Part shown: one piece after another, positions 8,501-17,793 of the stretch
Position numbering within the stretch: the stretch's first letter is position 1
Layout: each line of letters starts with the position of its first letter
Virus record (IMG/VR): IMGVR_UViG_3300021082_000035
Span: 1 to 48,403 of that record
Direction: 5' to 3' (one strand)
Origin: a virus
Taxonomy: Duplodnaviria; Caudoviricetes
Length of the DNA stretch: 48,403 nucleotides
Position numbers and translations under genes: made by a program
Notes under the pieces: model-generated
The model's database searches: none
What the model was told of the DNA's origin: nothing
What the model saw: only the letters and a program-made list of their open reading frames with translations

Positions 8501-11364
8501 TTCTGGGTGATACCGACCGTGAAGGTGTCGCCCTCGAACGCGCTGGCCACCAACCGTGCCATGCCGCGCGAGCCGAGACGCTGCTTGGTGGCGTCATTGA
8601 AGCCCATCTCCGACAGCAGGTCCTCCAACTCGGTGCCCATCAGGCCACGAGGCATGGTGTTGGCCTGCCCTGCTTTGCGCCTGATCGCACCGAACAGGCT
8701 ATTGGCCTCACTTCGTGAGAGTCCGTAGTCCTCGACAGCCCGCCGCCTGAAGTCACGGCGTGACTCTTCAAGGTGACGCTCGCCACGGATGGGACGGAAC
8801 AGTCGATCACGGATGCGGTTGAACGAGTTGACGCTGCGCACATCAGCCACGTCGGGCACAAGATCAGCCCATGCGTTAACGCCAATCAGGTCACCCTCTG
8901 GGTTACGCACCGCCCGCCACCGCTGGTCGGCCTCTGGCGAGATGCCCACTCGGTACTGCGCCTCGATGCCAGCCCGGTCGGCAAACGCCTTCTCGTTATC
9001 GAACCACTCGCGCAGTTCGGCAGGCAACTCATCACGCTTGACCAGCCGCGTCAGGCCACCCGACTTCTCCAACTCCTGAAGGAAGGTGTCGAGGTTGCGC
9101 ACCAACTCGTCATCGTCCAGACCCTTGGCCGCGAAGTTGTTGAACAGCACCTCGTACTGCTCCACCGCTTCACGTGCAGCGTTGATGTTGCCGCGTGCCA
9201 ACTGGCGACGGATGCGCTTGCTGTCTATGTCAGTGAGGTGTTTGGGACCCACTAGCGTAGCCCGACCCCACAGTTCCTCGGCCCCTTCGAGCGCGGTGAT
9301 CTTCTTGTTGATGCGCTCGATACGCACCGGGCTGGACATCGGCGTGCCGCCCTTGCCACCCGTTGCCAACTTGTTGCGTAGTTGCGCAAGTTTGTCGCTC
9401 TTCGCACCACGCGCCAGAGTGCGGGCACCGATGAACTTCTTGATGACCGGACCACCGAAGCGCATGTGCTCGATGAGCGCCAGCATCTCGTTGTCGGCAC
9501 CCTTCACGAGTGCGGCGATCTTGGCCTCATCAGCAGCCGGACCCAACATGTCCTCTAACTGCAAACGGGCCACTGCACGCTGCTTCTCCATTGTTTGTTC
9601 CGCTGCTTCCTTGCCGAACCTCGATGTCGGAAGGAACTGGGTCATCACTCGGCGCATGTAGCCCTCAACCTGAAGCGCCAGCCGGGAGTGATAGACCTCA
9701 CTTTGAGCACGGAGTATCTGGTCGGGCATGGCATAGGGCACGGTCTTGGCCTCGGTTGCCATCCGCGATAGACCATCCTTGCCGACCGCGACTTCGAGGT
9801 TGGCACCCATGCGCCCGAAGATTTCCTTCAACTGGTCGCTCACGCCGATGGACTCGAAGAGGTCCTGCACCCTCTGGATGCGCTGTGGTCCGTACGCTTG
9901 GAACATGCCCTCGACCGACGCACCCGATGAGAACTCGGCGATGCGCTGACCGTTCTTGAAGCCCTTGTTGGTGATGTGGCCCCAAAGATCGAAGGGCGAG
10001 TTCAGCACCCGCGAGACTTCAGCCGCACCTTGAATGAGTGGGTCCAATGCAACCATCGCCCTGCCGCGAGCGCCCATGCTCGCCAGCGCGTCCCGCTCGT
10101 ACTCCGGCTTGAACTTCTGAAGCCACTCGAACTCGTGCGCGGGCTTGACCAATCGCTGGGCATCGTCGGCACCCATCGGCATACCGCGCACGGCCCAGTC
10201 GTCCATGATCCTGCCAAGGGCAAAGGACTTCATCTCGCCCAGTTCAGCAACGTCCAACCCCCTGTGCGCGGCGGCGACGGCCCGGTTAATCATCGCCAGC
10301 CGACCTGATGTCGAGGCCGCCCTGAGCGCCAACCCGGACCCCATTGAGGCCAGCAGCAGTGGGTCGGTGACCATCTCCCACACCATGTTCTCGTAGATGT
10401 TGTTGTTGAACCCGAAGCCCGACAGGGTGATGGTGTCGTAGAACTCGGTGCGAGTGAGTTTGCCTTCCTCGAACTCGGTGCGGATGCGCTGAAGTTCAGG
10501 GTTCAGTGACTCCATTGGCGCGTTCAGGATCGCCCCTTCGGCGTTACGGCTGCTCGTCTCGGAGTAGGTACGCGACACCAATCGGCTGGGCAGGCCGAGT
10601 AACCCCAAGGTGCGCATCACTTGGTCACCAAGGTTGTTCGACGGCACGAAGTAGTCAGCCACCAAAGGACTCACACCCAGCCCGTGAGCAATCTCCGTCT
10701 CGTTGAACTGGAAGTATTGGCTCATGTAGAAGAGGGCGTTCATCGGGTCGCGCTTCATCGCGTCCTCGGCCTGCTTCTTCGCCTCGGTTTCGGGCAGGCT
10801 CTCAAAGAACTGCGCCTTGCCAGCGAACGGGTCGTGGCCGGGTGCGCCCGCCAACTGGGGCAGCGGTATCTGCGCTTGATTGCCGATGAACTCCAAGGGG
10901 ATGTCTAGCAGATTTGCCACCGTGCCAAGACCATTGGCCACGTGTGCCCGGATGTCGGCAGGCATGAAGCCACCAACCTGCTCGGTGATACCGCGCAGTA
11001 GGGCTTCGAGCGCACCCATCTGGGGCGGTGCCGGTGCGGCGTATGGGTCGATGCCTTCCTGCTGCATCCTCGTCAGTTCACCCGGCTGGGCGACACTCGA
11101 CGGCTGGCCGACCAGACTCATCTGGGTCTTGCCGATGTTCTCGTACAGGTCTGCTGCCGGTGGCTTGGGCTTGGCTGCGCTGGGCAAGGCCGACAGGCTC
11201 GGTGGCCCGTATGTCTGGGCATACGACATAGGCCGAATGAGAGCCTGTGCGGTCATTGGGTTCATCAGGTCGGCGGGCGTGTACCCATAAGGACGAGTTC
11301 CACCGAAGCCGGTTGGGTTACTGGGTGAGCCGTAGTTCCTGAACGGGTCGCTCACGAATACCAC
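2557..11364 (-). CDS. Giant internal virion/ejection 'polyvalent' protein (2935 aa) with ART-like, GNAT-like and zincin domains
   Basis: Lies between portal and scaffold; motifs YYRAMSEAEY..LYVT (ART-like), VGTDLAHHGQGYYSKLV (GNAT motif A) and TIPHELLH..EEWLAEQFVRY (zincin). Confidence 0.7.
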   Translation of the reverse strand: MVFVSDPFRNYGSPSNPTGFGGTRPYGYTPADLMNPMTAQALIRPMSYAQTYGPPSLSALPSAAKPKPPAADLYENIGKTQMSLVGQPSSVAQPGELTRMQQEGIDPYAAPAPPQMGALEALLRGITEQVGGFMPADIRAHVANGLGTVANLLDIPLEFIGNQAQIPLPQLAGAPGHDPFAGKAQFFESLPETEAKKQAEDAMKRDPMNALFYMSQYFQFNETEIAHGLGVSPLVADYFVPSNNLGDQVMRTLGLLGLPSRLVSRTYSETSSRNAEGAILNAPMESLNPELQRIRTEFEEGKLTRTEFYDTITLSGFGFNNNIYENMVWEMVTDPLLLASMGSGLALRAASTSGRLAMINRAVAAAHRGLDVAELGEMKSFALGRIMDDWAVRGMPMGADDAQRLVKPAHEFEWLQKFKPEYERDALASMGARGRAMVALDPLIQGAAEVSRVLNSPFDLWGHITNKGFKNGQRIAEFSSGASVEGMFQAYGPQRIQRVQDLFESIGVSDQLKEIFGRMGANLEVAVGKDGLSRMATEAKTVPYAMPDQILRAQSEVYHSRLALQVEGYMRRVMTQFLPTSRFGKEAAEQTMEKQRAVARLQLEDMLGPAADEAKIAALVKGADNEMLALIEHMRFGGPVIKKFIGARTLARGAKSDKLAQLRNKLATGGKGGTPMSSPVRIERINKKITALEGAEELWGRATLVGPKHLTDIDSKRIRRQLARGNINAAREAVEQYEVLFNNFAAKGLDDDELVRNLDTFLQELEKSGGLTRLVKRDELPAELREWFDNEKAFADRAGIEAQYRVGISPEADQRWRAVRNPEGDLIGVNAWADLVPDVADVRSVNSFNRIRDRLFRPIRGERHLEESRRDFRRRAVEDYGLSRSEANSLFGAIRRKAGQANTMPRGLMGTELEDLLSEMGFNDATKQRLGSRGMARLVASAFEGDTFTVGITQKISGKMKTGSARGPGNNWLGVVSERLYPLARFQYNPIFLMQEAAEPFFWNILRGVRPGMRWSKEDLKSFEALRRAGFLGEWADQWEYTPAALSLLGATEARRVAGAGTQIGREWSNRLIGEGRKVRSLAELKRLNYVRQHSKSFGESFKAYVDDLNPNLWAEWTRAAGSTDPTRVGNWYWLNKAFNTPESELRDMQRLLMDANLPREMGASAKQMPLALARHHNFNDFDSLRAAVRSGEYTEEQFRKNMVDIAEDVYADRAWAMASHIGPKKFWEKSGDAYAMARGNTREAKREASAVMSSMRRTMSQFADVLGYTEEEYISRFMSKPMKHLDSNKKVPRGAHYQLVDKDNTLKFYGHELRPGSDPVVRAISRDARAISGTPVGSEAEMQRLIEEASGPTIGFNAWRGGLWDELKAKGTHVPQTGHYYRAMSEAEYKAGIEAGTFKPLLGDDLYVTNDPDRLAGGAYGAKGGGYIVEIDPSVQTHKTTSRTVAGLDEEAVSSIEASQITRAWQWDATAKDHLPVGAKGVSAEPTGETRRITGAAIDGSSDGNGADLRHIAGPGLDYDSLAEMAEVLLGSDQINRIVEGNRNIPSLFGMMVDQLPDDVVWRFTQDHIAQPGDIHEHRLRVERLRGKSVLEIQSDLGSITGTYGGGTMQGAAASAGQYIAENLTPGSGSDYFSMNAGAIKSIIRKMKPKDRPKAAPNSGVHVVADQMPGEPERHYFGWYDENGDLVSTVNITKNLDLIERGVRAPMTPGGPVQSVDVSRQYLEGLNTPSVPVTRFQMQQDEMSRWRAAVDARTDVTTRREDAMDEVYRSFPVDQRSNVSDLISSRAEDYYDAIGQGLPVPPHPGRVGFPGLSDEDYSRVISAVDDAFAAHPWTPQPPAPRSVQSSLYGGTQSGFPMVQQPHVGMVGTDLAHHGQGYYSKLVEYIDQEGTFNWADVTGRGSYDLPGSKAAQSWLQKKDHASLAEARQALASRILAGFSHLVHREDMDPSEVIRTIQSVLESGSGKHPRAVPASHLAIEQMLDFARIGGDEIMPNWRQRASLESLIHPNSRQLDTINPSMEGARAHGYFESPKPDGWDEMSAAERKGWQEADEIIARRGGKLAGPASRVIREGTTDPEEMLQALMGETLPYPSPSATKQGITPAMFAKMQKDYRQWAGEANANAWAGRTDWTAADMQAVNIARYKAFANKSEGYGAEGLMNKQYVAMNFELEPHPGTDFYEAFPHRSALESAGHQWHPEEVRAWNEGLAKVQGDVGRWWASVVGEISGVSVVQVSVGEGKHHVNVRHPLAGPTTEQEINNFADEARRMVGKDAYDTMIANDEWDEFVDDFIKDNSVDDEQWQAYGPQVSIVITGSPESIEAAVAATGSAFQRGEVVASYVDYATTPGKYVKNEWDQDWVTDFIVPKDVSESLVNKMVDKLWMDDDLVRQSIVMPNGDRAIRVFHEVGSVTEDGLNALKPLDDPAILELRAMGVTDQRGLVDMFRQQMDIGADRTSEFMKLMEESGEFVDGTGRTVSRSNYSQWEWDTRLRWRADTIADPWIRAADKYPHVATALRNRYRGEALAHANTAYWQHLGDFVEEWRARDVNLPPPIRGWHYQLSPKGVRGATKIDSDLDASIFLMNKVGPDTIPHELLHQMVPHFEDSMIEAISDAYSAATGMRRYKRTVNGKSVLADRQEEWLAEQFVRYVTTGEVINSRLQSAFNFMGKLVQEHTKVKKLSEAHPDAKALFDQLFGQENHTLSAVPFNPDEYRILAMARYLMSEAEEQAHTSHYFRRGRSFLERSVNHPYLGYYPASYMWGKVVPELLRFLVKQPFGIKAPMAGYMMSSHVSQALLLQLNTDPDLRDFMEKHEKGIRFLQMMVPGTPWDIPVNSPAWIRHTAAKQVENADRVRLGIKPKKVNPLGELADTANYALGAVNFINTFNQIGNEINAPAEETAAPQPSTSSNARAMLEAYGLTPPDQDLADAEQTLAPMMP

Positions 11365-14213
11365 TTACCGCCCGGACCAAACGGGTCCCACTCATGCGGC
11401 AATCGCGGGCGCGGGCTGACACCCGGCAGTTGCGGAATGTTCGGGTTCGGCGCAGGCGGCAGCATGGGTGGCGTCAGGTCGGGGGCAGTCGGTGATGTGG
11501 GCGTACGCGGGTTGGGCATGTTGGGCGTTGGCATCAAGCCACCATCGCCCGACTTGCCTGCGTTGATCGGCGTGGGCGGCGCGGGCATCTTGATCTGCTG
11601 CGTGGGTACGTTGATCCGTGGTGTAACCGGGTCAGCCCCGCTCGGCGTACCGGAGAAGATGTTGGGGCTGAGGATGGTGTTGTTAATCAGCGTGTTGCGG
11701 ATCGGTGAGTTCGGGGCCGGGATGCCGTATGGACCGGGGTGAGTCGGACCACCCGCTGTAACTGGGATACCGAACGGGCCGGGACGTGACTCGCCCGGTG
11801 CTGCCGCTGCGCCGATGCCGCCCAAGACATTCGACAGGTCACGCCATGCCGGGTTGGCTGCGGTGCCTGCGGCAGTGCGCTCCGCGACCTCTGAGCCGAT
11901 CAACAGACCACGCTGCCTCTCGTTGATGGCGGTAGCCCAGATGTCACCTGCGTACAGGTCACCATTACGTGCCTTGTTGACCTCGCCGTAGAACGCTATC
12001 TCGCTGTTCAGACGTGCATTGGGGTCACTTGACTTGCTGGCCTGCACCGAAGCCCGGACTGCGCCGACATCCTGCCAGAACTCAGCCGTCTTGGCGGGGT
12101 TACCCCATTCGATAAAGGGGTCACCAGCAAAGGCCCGGAACGTCTCGTCAGCCGTCCATCCAGCCATCTCTTCGCGGCCAGTCTGGTTCCTCGCCATGTA
12201 GCCCAAGCCCGGAGAAAGGAACGAAGCGGGATTGCCGTCACGGCTGGCGAACGGGCTGATGACCGATTGGGTCTGGTAGCGCGTCTCGACCAGCCGGTCA
12301 TTCGGTCCAAGCGGCACCGATGTTGGCTGGGTAATCAGATGCTCGACGCCATTAGCGTCCGACCTCTGGATGTAGTTGATGCTTGTTTGTTCGGTCGGCA
12401 GCCCTGTCACGACCAGCGCCTCCTGCCCGCCTGCCAGTGCTGCGGTGCGTGACGTGGTAGTACCCGGTCCAAAGGGTGACTCGGCAGACCAGCGCAGTTC
12501 GCCACCATCGGTGTAGATGCCATACATCGGCACGGTGTTCTGGCCGTTGCCATCGGGCAGGTAGGCAACCATGCCTATCTGTGGGTCGTCGGCTGGGGTC
12601 ATGCCCTCACCCATCTCGCGTCCCGTGCGTGGGTCAACCTGTGGGGCACGCGCACGTGACAGGATGGGCATGACGCCGAAGGCCATGCCATACGAAGCAG
12701 TAATCGGTACGGCATCAGCCTTGGCCAGCAGGCCGTGGTCGGGATCAGCCTCACCACGCGGTGGCAAGATCGAGTTCGCCTGTCCTGCGGCGGGCGTCAG
12801 CAGCACGGTGCTCATCTTCTTCGGCACGACCACGAACTGACCGCCGAACTGGGCTGCCATCTCAGAGAACGTCAGCGCCTTCCACTGACCGTCAGCGTCC
12901 TTGCCCAAGAGATGCGTGCCCGCCGACACCTTCTCGATGATGTCGCGCATCTCGGTGTACTTATTGGCCATCAGTGCAGCCTCGCCATTGGCCGAACTGG
13001 TACCCGTCGGGCTGCCCGCAAACGGTGACTGCAATGCGCCTTCCCAGATGGTCTGCGCGAAGCCGCCCGGATTACCCAGTAGCGCCCTCTGCTCGCCCAG
13101 AAGTGACGAGGTGAAGAGTGGGTTCTGGTCACCCACCCGCTTCATCAGGGTTTCGTTCTGGTTGTAGTAGTCAGTGATGGCCTTCATCTGCGAAAACGGG
13201 TCACTTGCTGGATCGCCCAAGACATCATTCAGAAGTTTTCGGTTCTGGACGTAGATGTTGGCCTCGTCCATCGTGGCCATGAACTGCCACTTGGTCAGCG
13301 TGGTCTGCTTGGCTCCGTAGAGATTGGCCAACTCGCTCGATGGGGCCACATCGTTGAACCGCTTGGCCAGTTGAATGGCCTTGTCGTAGCCATCCATCGT
13401 GCGCTGGAACACGTTGTCGATGTCGGTCTGGTCAAAGGGCGCACTGATGTCCAGCCCTTCGCGTCGGGCCTGCGGGATGACCTGATCGTGCCAGTAGTCG
13501 TAGTAGCGCGAGCCGGGTGTGTTGATCGCAGCCAGCACTTCGTCCCACTGCTCGACATCACCGGCCACCGAGATGTTGCCCAACTGCTCGCCTTCAGGTG
13601 ACCCCATTGCAGTGCCTTCAGGGTTCATCTGCACTTGGTTCTGCGGCCCAGTGAGAATGCCGTAGCCCTGAAGTATCTGGGTCAGACCACCCATCGTGAT
13701 TTCAGATGGCCACAGGTAGTCCTTCTGCAACTGGTTGCGCTGCTGGACGTACGCCTTCTGCCGACGCTCCTGACTGGATGCGCGGCTCGACGCCTTGGCG
13801 GCGTCTAGGAACTTGGCAGCCTGCCCCATGACGGTGCGGTACATCTCGGAGTTCTTGACGTAGTTCTGGCCCTGCCCCTTGTACCAGTTGGCCACTTCCT
13901 TGGCCGACATCTTGTGCTGGGCATACGCCAGCCCGACCTTCGACTCTTCGATGGCGAACTTGTACTGGTCGTGCTGCTGGTCGTAGTAGTCCCACAGCGG
14001 GTCGTCCTTCTGGACGCTATCGCGGCGTTCCTTCCAGAACTCTAGAAGCCGCTCATCCGTGACCTGTTTGCCGTCAACCTCGCCACCCTCACGCCAAGAA
14101 CTCACCATGATGTTCTCTTGGGTGTTCCAGTATTCGCGCATCATCGCCACGATTGCGCCGGTCAGATCAGGTGCGCGGCGGGGGAGTCTCCCGAACCTAC
14201 CTCGTCTTGCCAT
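11352..14213 (-). CDS. Large virion/ejection protein (953 aa, Pro-rich C-terminus)
   Basis: Long ORF translationally coupled to the portal gene and upstream of the giant protein; function inferred from position. Confidence 0.55.
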   Translation of the reverse strand: MARRGRFGRLPRRAPDLTGAIVAMMREYWNTQENIMVSSWREGGEVDGKQVTDERLLEFWKERRDSVQKDDPLWDYYDQQHDQYKFAIEESKVGLAYAQHKMSAKEVANWYKGQGQNYVKNSEMYRTVMGQAAKFLDAAKASSRASSQERRQKAYVQQRNQLQKDYLWPSEITMGGLTQILQGYGILTGPQNQVQMNPEGTAMGSPEGEQLGNISVAGDVEQWDEVLAAINTPGSRYYDYWHDQVIPQARREGLDISAPFDQTDIDNVFQRTMDGYDKAIQLAKRFNDVAPSSELANLYGAKQTTLTKWQFMATMDEANIYVQNRKLLNDVLGDPASDPFSQMKAITDYYNQNETLMKRVGDQNPLFTSSLLGEQRALLGNPGGFAQTIWEGALQSPFAGSPTGTSSANGEAALMANKYTEMRDIIEKVSAGTHLLGKDADGQWKALTFSEMAAQFGGQFVVVPKKMSTVLLTPAAGQANSILPPRGEADPDHGLLAKADAVPITASYGMAFGVMPILSRARAPQVDPRTGREMGEGMTPADDPQIGMVAYLPDGNGQNTVPMYGIYTDGGELRWSAESPFGPGTTTSRTAALAGGQEALVVTGLPTEQTSINYIQRSDANGVEHLITQPTSVPLGPNDRLVETRYQTQSVISPFASRDGNPASFLSPGLGYMARNQTGREEMAGWTADETFRAFAGDPFIEWGNPAKTAEFWQDVGAVRASVQASKSSDPNARLNSEIAFYGEVNKARNGDLYAGDIWATAINERQRGLLIGSEVAERTAAGTAANPAWRDLSNVLGGIGAAAAPGESRPGPFGIPVTAGGPTHPGPYGIPAPNSPIRNTLINNTILSPNIFSGTPSGADPVTPRINVPTQQIKMPAPPTPINAGKSGDGGLMPTPNMPNPRTPTSPTAPDLTPPMLPPAPNPNIPQLPGVSPRPRLPHEWDPFGPGGKWYS

Positions 14214-16216
14214 CAGTAGCCACCGCCACCCTCTGTTTCAGGCTGGATGGGCGTCTGCAAGAGCAAGCGGTTATTGGCCTCACCGCCCTGCACCTGTGTC
14301 TGGGCCAAGAAGTTCTCGCCCGGTCCCGCTGGCGGCAGGCCACCCGCGTTGGACGGCAAGCCTTCAGGCGGCAGCACCGGCTGCTCTCCCTCGCCATTCA
14401 TCATGGGCATGCCTTCCTGCCCACCCATCGAGGCACGCTGGGCAGCCTGACCCTGAGCCGCCTGCTGCTGGGCCTGCTGCTGCTGCTGTTGCTGCTGCTG
14501 GACACCCAACTGCTGGGCCATAGCCATGAGGCTCATCTGGACCTGAACATCTGCCGGGAACATCGCCGCGTCGGTGCGCTCGCCCCGGATCAAGTCCTGC
14601 TCGGCCTCTGGGTCGTCCACGCCAGTGACATCCATTGCCCGCGCCTGCGACCACGCCTTGCCGTTCATCAAGTTCAAGGCCATCGTCGCTGTCTCTAGGT
14701 CGTCGCGTGGTGTGATTGACGGAGCATCGACCACCAAGCGCCCTGCGCTGGCGAAGATTTCGGCGATTTCACTCTTCTTCATGCCCCATACGCGCTGAAC
14801 GAGTGTCCATGTCTTGCGCCGCCAGCGGTAATACAGGTCACGCTTCATACGAATACGCGCTTCGTAGTTGGCGACGAGGGCGTTAATGGCTTTGGAAGAT
14901 GAGAGAACTTGCTGTGGGGCCAGTCCACGCAAGAGGTCATTGAGGCCACTTACATCCACGAGTTCTCTGTCCAAGCGATTTAGGTACTGCTCCAACTGGA
15001 ACTCAGGAAGGAACGGCTCGATCTTCTCGATCCAGTTGCCAGCACCGGGCGCAACCACAGTGTCGTCCTTGGGCTTCAGGCCCAATGGCACCACATCGGG
15101 GGCTTCAGCCCCACGCAACTGCCACTTCTGGCCCTTCACCGCAGAGCGGATCATCTGGCCGCCTTCTTGAAGGCGCTCTTCCTTCTCGGCAATGATCTGC
15201 TCTATGTCATAGAACTCACTCTTGCCGTCGGGCACACCGGGGATGTAGGTGTTGAAGAGTGGGACGTATGGCAGTTCGCCGCCGTACTCCTTGTGGGGCA
15301 TGTCCTTGACCAAGAAGTTGCCCACGAAGATGGCGTTCCACGTCTCCATCTTGGTCTTTTCGCCGGGTGTGATGCTGGCTCCCTCGGCGGGCTGGCGGTA
15401 CCAGTAATCGACGCACTCGACCATGTACTGCTCGTCGTGTATCCACTCGCGGGTCTGCATTGAGCGCGGCTGCTCTGTCAGAACATCACGGCTCCGCGCT
15501 CGGAGTGAGGGTACCCGTACTTTGTGGTCACCCTCTTCTAGTTCTGTCAGGTCATAGTCGATGCCGTACTGGGCAATAGCCTCACTGAGTGAGATGCGAT
15601 AGGAGTAGATCACCCAGTCAAGACGTTCGTAGTCCTCGGTCGCCCAGCCCAGCCACAGGTTGCGCGGCTGGTCCACCACCTGCACCCGTGGGCGCTCCAA
15701 GTCCTCGTCCCAGTACACCTTGGCGGCGGTGCGGCCATAGATGCCCTTGACGATGCACGCCTTGTGCGACTTCAACTCGAACTCTTCCTCGTCCTTCCAA
15801 GCGAAGTACACGCGCTCGACGGCTGCGGCTACTTGGCGGGAAGGCTCCGTCTCTTCGAGGGGTAGGACGTTCTCGATGGGTTCGACGGTCTGAAGCGAGG
15901 CCGGGATGTCCACGTATTCGGGGTACACGTTGAGGCTGATGGCCACACGCCCCGGCACCTTGCGCGTCTCGTGATTGGGGTTGTGATCCGCGCCACCCGT
16001 CTTGTTGATGTCGTTCGGGTAGTACAGGTTGTCATAGCGGTCACACAGGTCGCCGAAACGCGACATCTCCTGCATCTTCTCCAAGCGCCGGTTCTTGATT
16101 TCGGCAAGCAGGATGGACTCAGGCGCGTTGAAGGCGACGGATACGCGGTGGGCGCGTTCGAGAGTGAGGATGTGATCTGGTCGTACCGGCCTTTGGGGGA
16201 AGGCTACGATGGCCAT
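14213..16216 (-). CDS. Portal protein
   Basis: 667 aa directly after the terminase; podovirus-type portal features (LPYVPLF..GKSEFYDIEQI, VSGLND); Gln-rich C-terminal tail. Confidence 0.85.
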   Translation of the reverse strand: MAIVAFPQRPVRPDHILTLERAHRVSVAFNAPESILLAEIKNRRLEKMQEMSRFGDLCDRYDNLYYPNDINKTGGADHNPNHETRKVPGRVAISLNVYPEYVDIPASLQTVEPIENVLPLEETEPSRQVAAAVERVYFAWKDEEEFELKSHKACIVKGIYGRTAAKVYWDEDLERPRVQVVDQPRNLWLGWATEDYERLDWVIYSYRISLSEAIAQYGIDYDLTELEEGDHKVRVPSLRARSRDVLTEQPRSMQTREWIHDEQYMVECVDYWYRQPAEGASITPGEKTKMETWNAIFVGNFLVKDMPHKEYGGELPYVPLFNTYIPGVPDGKSEFYDIEQIIAEKEERLQEGGQMIRSAVKGQKWQLRGAEAPDVVPLGLKPKDDTVVAPGAGNWIEKIEPFLPEFQLEQYLNRLDRELVDVSGLNDLLRGLAPQQVLSSSKAINALVANYEARIRMKRDLYYRWRRKTWTLVQRVWGMKKSEIAEIFASAGRLVVDAPSITPRDDLETATMALNLMNGKAWSQARAMDVTGVDDPEAEQDLIRGERTDAAMFPADVQVQMSLMAMAQQLGVQQQQQQQQQAQQQAAQGQAAQRASMGGQEGMPMMNGEGEQPVLPPEGLPSNAGGLPPAGPGENFLAQTQVQGGEANNRLLLQTPIQPETEGGGGY

Positions 16217-17793
16217 TCGGTGTGGTCACCTATCTTCTGCCACACCCCTCGGCGTCGCAGGCGGTCCCAGTATTCTCCCTCGGCCTTCTTGCGAGGGGCG
16301 GGTGCCTCTGGCTCGAAGTACGAGAACGGAAGCGACGAGGACACCTTACCTTCAGGTGTTCTGGTCACCAGTCTCACGGCGATGGCGAGGGCCATGACCG
16401 CATCCTGCGACAGTTTACGATCTTGTAGGCGATATGCAAGCAGTTGACGACGCAACTCCAACCACAGGCCCGATCTGGGGAACTTGATCTGGCCTTTCTC
16501 GATCATCGACTTGACATCCATGAGCAGCCGGTGCTTGTTCTTAGGGCTGCCCCCGAACTCGACGCTCTTCAGGCCGGGGATACCGGACAGCATCTCGCGC
16601 ATGATCTTGCCGCCATAGCCCGTGACATCCACGCCGGTCGTTACGGTGGCCCCATTGGCAGCATACGCAGCGTGCTGGTCATGTGCGAGGCCGACAACGG
16701 TGATCGTCTGCTGTTTGCCCTGAAGTCGCTTTATATCCACGCCGACCACGTTGTTGCGGTCGGTGACATCGAGCGTGATGTCAAAGGTGTTGTCGTAGGT
16801 AAGCGCCGGGTCGAGGCCGTTGATGTAGCGGTGGTCCTTCTGGGCGATGACCTTGGCGGGCAGGGCTGCGAGGAAGGCTGCGTCTACCGCACTTGCGTTG
16901 AAGAACGACTTGGAGCCTTGGATGAACTCACCGTCGATGTTCTGTGGTATCAGGTCCGGGGGCATAGAGGCCACGAGTGAGTTGAATGTCTCGATGTCGA
17001 TGCCGTAGCCGACGTTCTGCCGGGTGCTCATCCTGACTGAGTAGTGACCGGGAACTTTTAGTGGGTTCTTTGGGTTGCCCTTCTCCCACTCGTCACTGAA
17101 GGCGGTAAAGCCCTCACTTGGCGTTGAGATGAGAAGCATCTGCCCACCAGTGGCGATACGTCTGAGGTGGAACACCTCATTGACGATGAACGGTAGGTTC
17201 TGCTCGAAGCCGCACTCGTCCATGCTCACGCCCTGCATGGACTTACCGAGTGTGCCGATGCCCTTCTCGGTGGTGCTGCGAAAGTGGATTTCGCTGCCCC
17301 CGATCATGGGGTTGAAGCGTATCCACTGGTACTCGCCGCGCTCCTTCTTGGAGTAGTCAACGATGTCGGGACCCAACTCAGTGGTAAGCGGGCAATCTCT
17401 TCCCTGCTGGGCTTCGTGGCGTGACTCGAATAACTTGGCCAACTGGACGAAGGCCAACTCGGCCACTTCCTGCTGGATGCCGAAGTGCCACCAGTCATAC
17501 GGCGCACGCATCCATGTCCTGACTGAACTTTCTGATTGCCAGTCGGGCGGCTGCATGTTCATCTTGTAGATGCACGAGTGGGCGATGGCCAACGCGAGGC
17601 CCAGCGTCTTACCGGCTTGGTTGCCTGACGTGCCGCAGATGGTCAGATACGCCGCACGCCAGCCGGTCATATCTCTGAGGACGATCTTCTCGAAGAGTTC
17701 GTTCTGGCCGGGGTGGGTCCTTACGCCAAAGAACCTCTCGGCAAAGAACGGGACATCCCATCTGCCCTTGGGCAGATCGTCCAATAGGCTCAC
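16204..17793 (-). CDS. terL: Terminase large subunit
   Basis: Walker A GNQAGKT, Walker B VSMDE, coupling motif ISTP, nuclease motifs GLDPA and QDAVMALA. Confidence 0.92.
   Translation of the reverse strand: MSLLDDLPKGRWDVPFFAERFFGVRTHPGQNELFEKIVLRDMTGWRAAYLTICGTSGNQAGKTLGLALAIAHSCIYKMNMQPPDWQSESSVRTWMRAPYDWWHFGIQQEVAELAFVQLAKLFESRHEAQQGRDCPLTTELGPDIVDYSKKERGEYQWIRFNPMIGGSEIHFRSTTEKGIGTLGKSMQGVSMDECGFEQNLPFIVNEVFHLRRIATGGQMLLISTPSEGFTAFSDEWEKGNPKNPLKVPGHYSVRMSTRQNVGYGIDIETFNSLVASMPPDLIPQNIDGEFIQGSKSFFNASAVDAAFLAALPAKVIAQKDHRYINGLDPALTYDNTFDITLDVTDRNNVVGVDIKRLQGKQQTITVVGLAHDQHAAYAANGATVTTGVDVTGYGGKIMREMLSGIPGLKSVEFGGSPKNKHRLLMDVKSMIEKGQIKFPRSGLWLELRRQLLAYRLQDRKLSQDAVMALAIAVRLVTRTPEGKVSSSLPFSYFEPEAPAPRKKAEGEYWDRLRRRGVWQKIGDHTEWPS

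Noticed and set aside
2557-11364. N4- or crAss-like virion RNA polymerase
   Set aside because: Size and position are suggestive, but I found no T7-type motif B/C or DxDGD/DFDxD catalytic motif.
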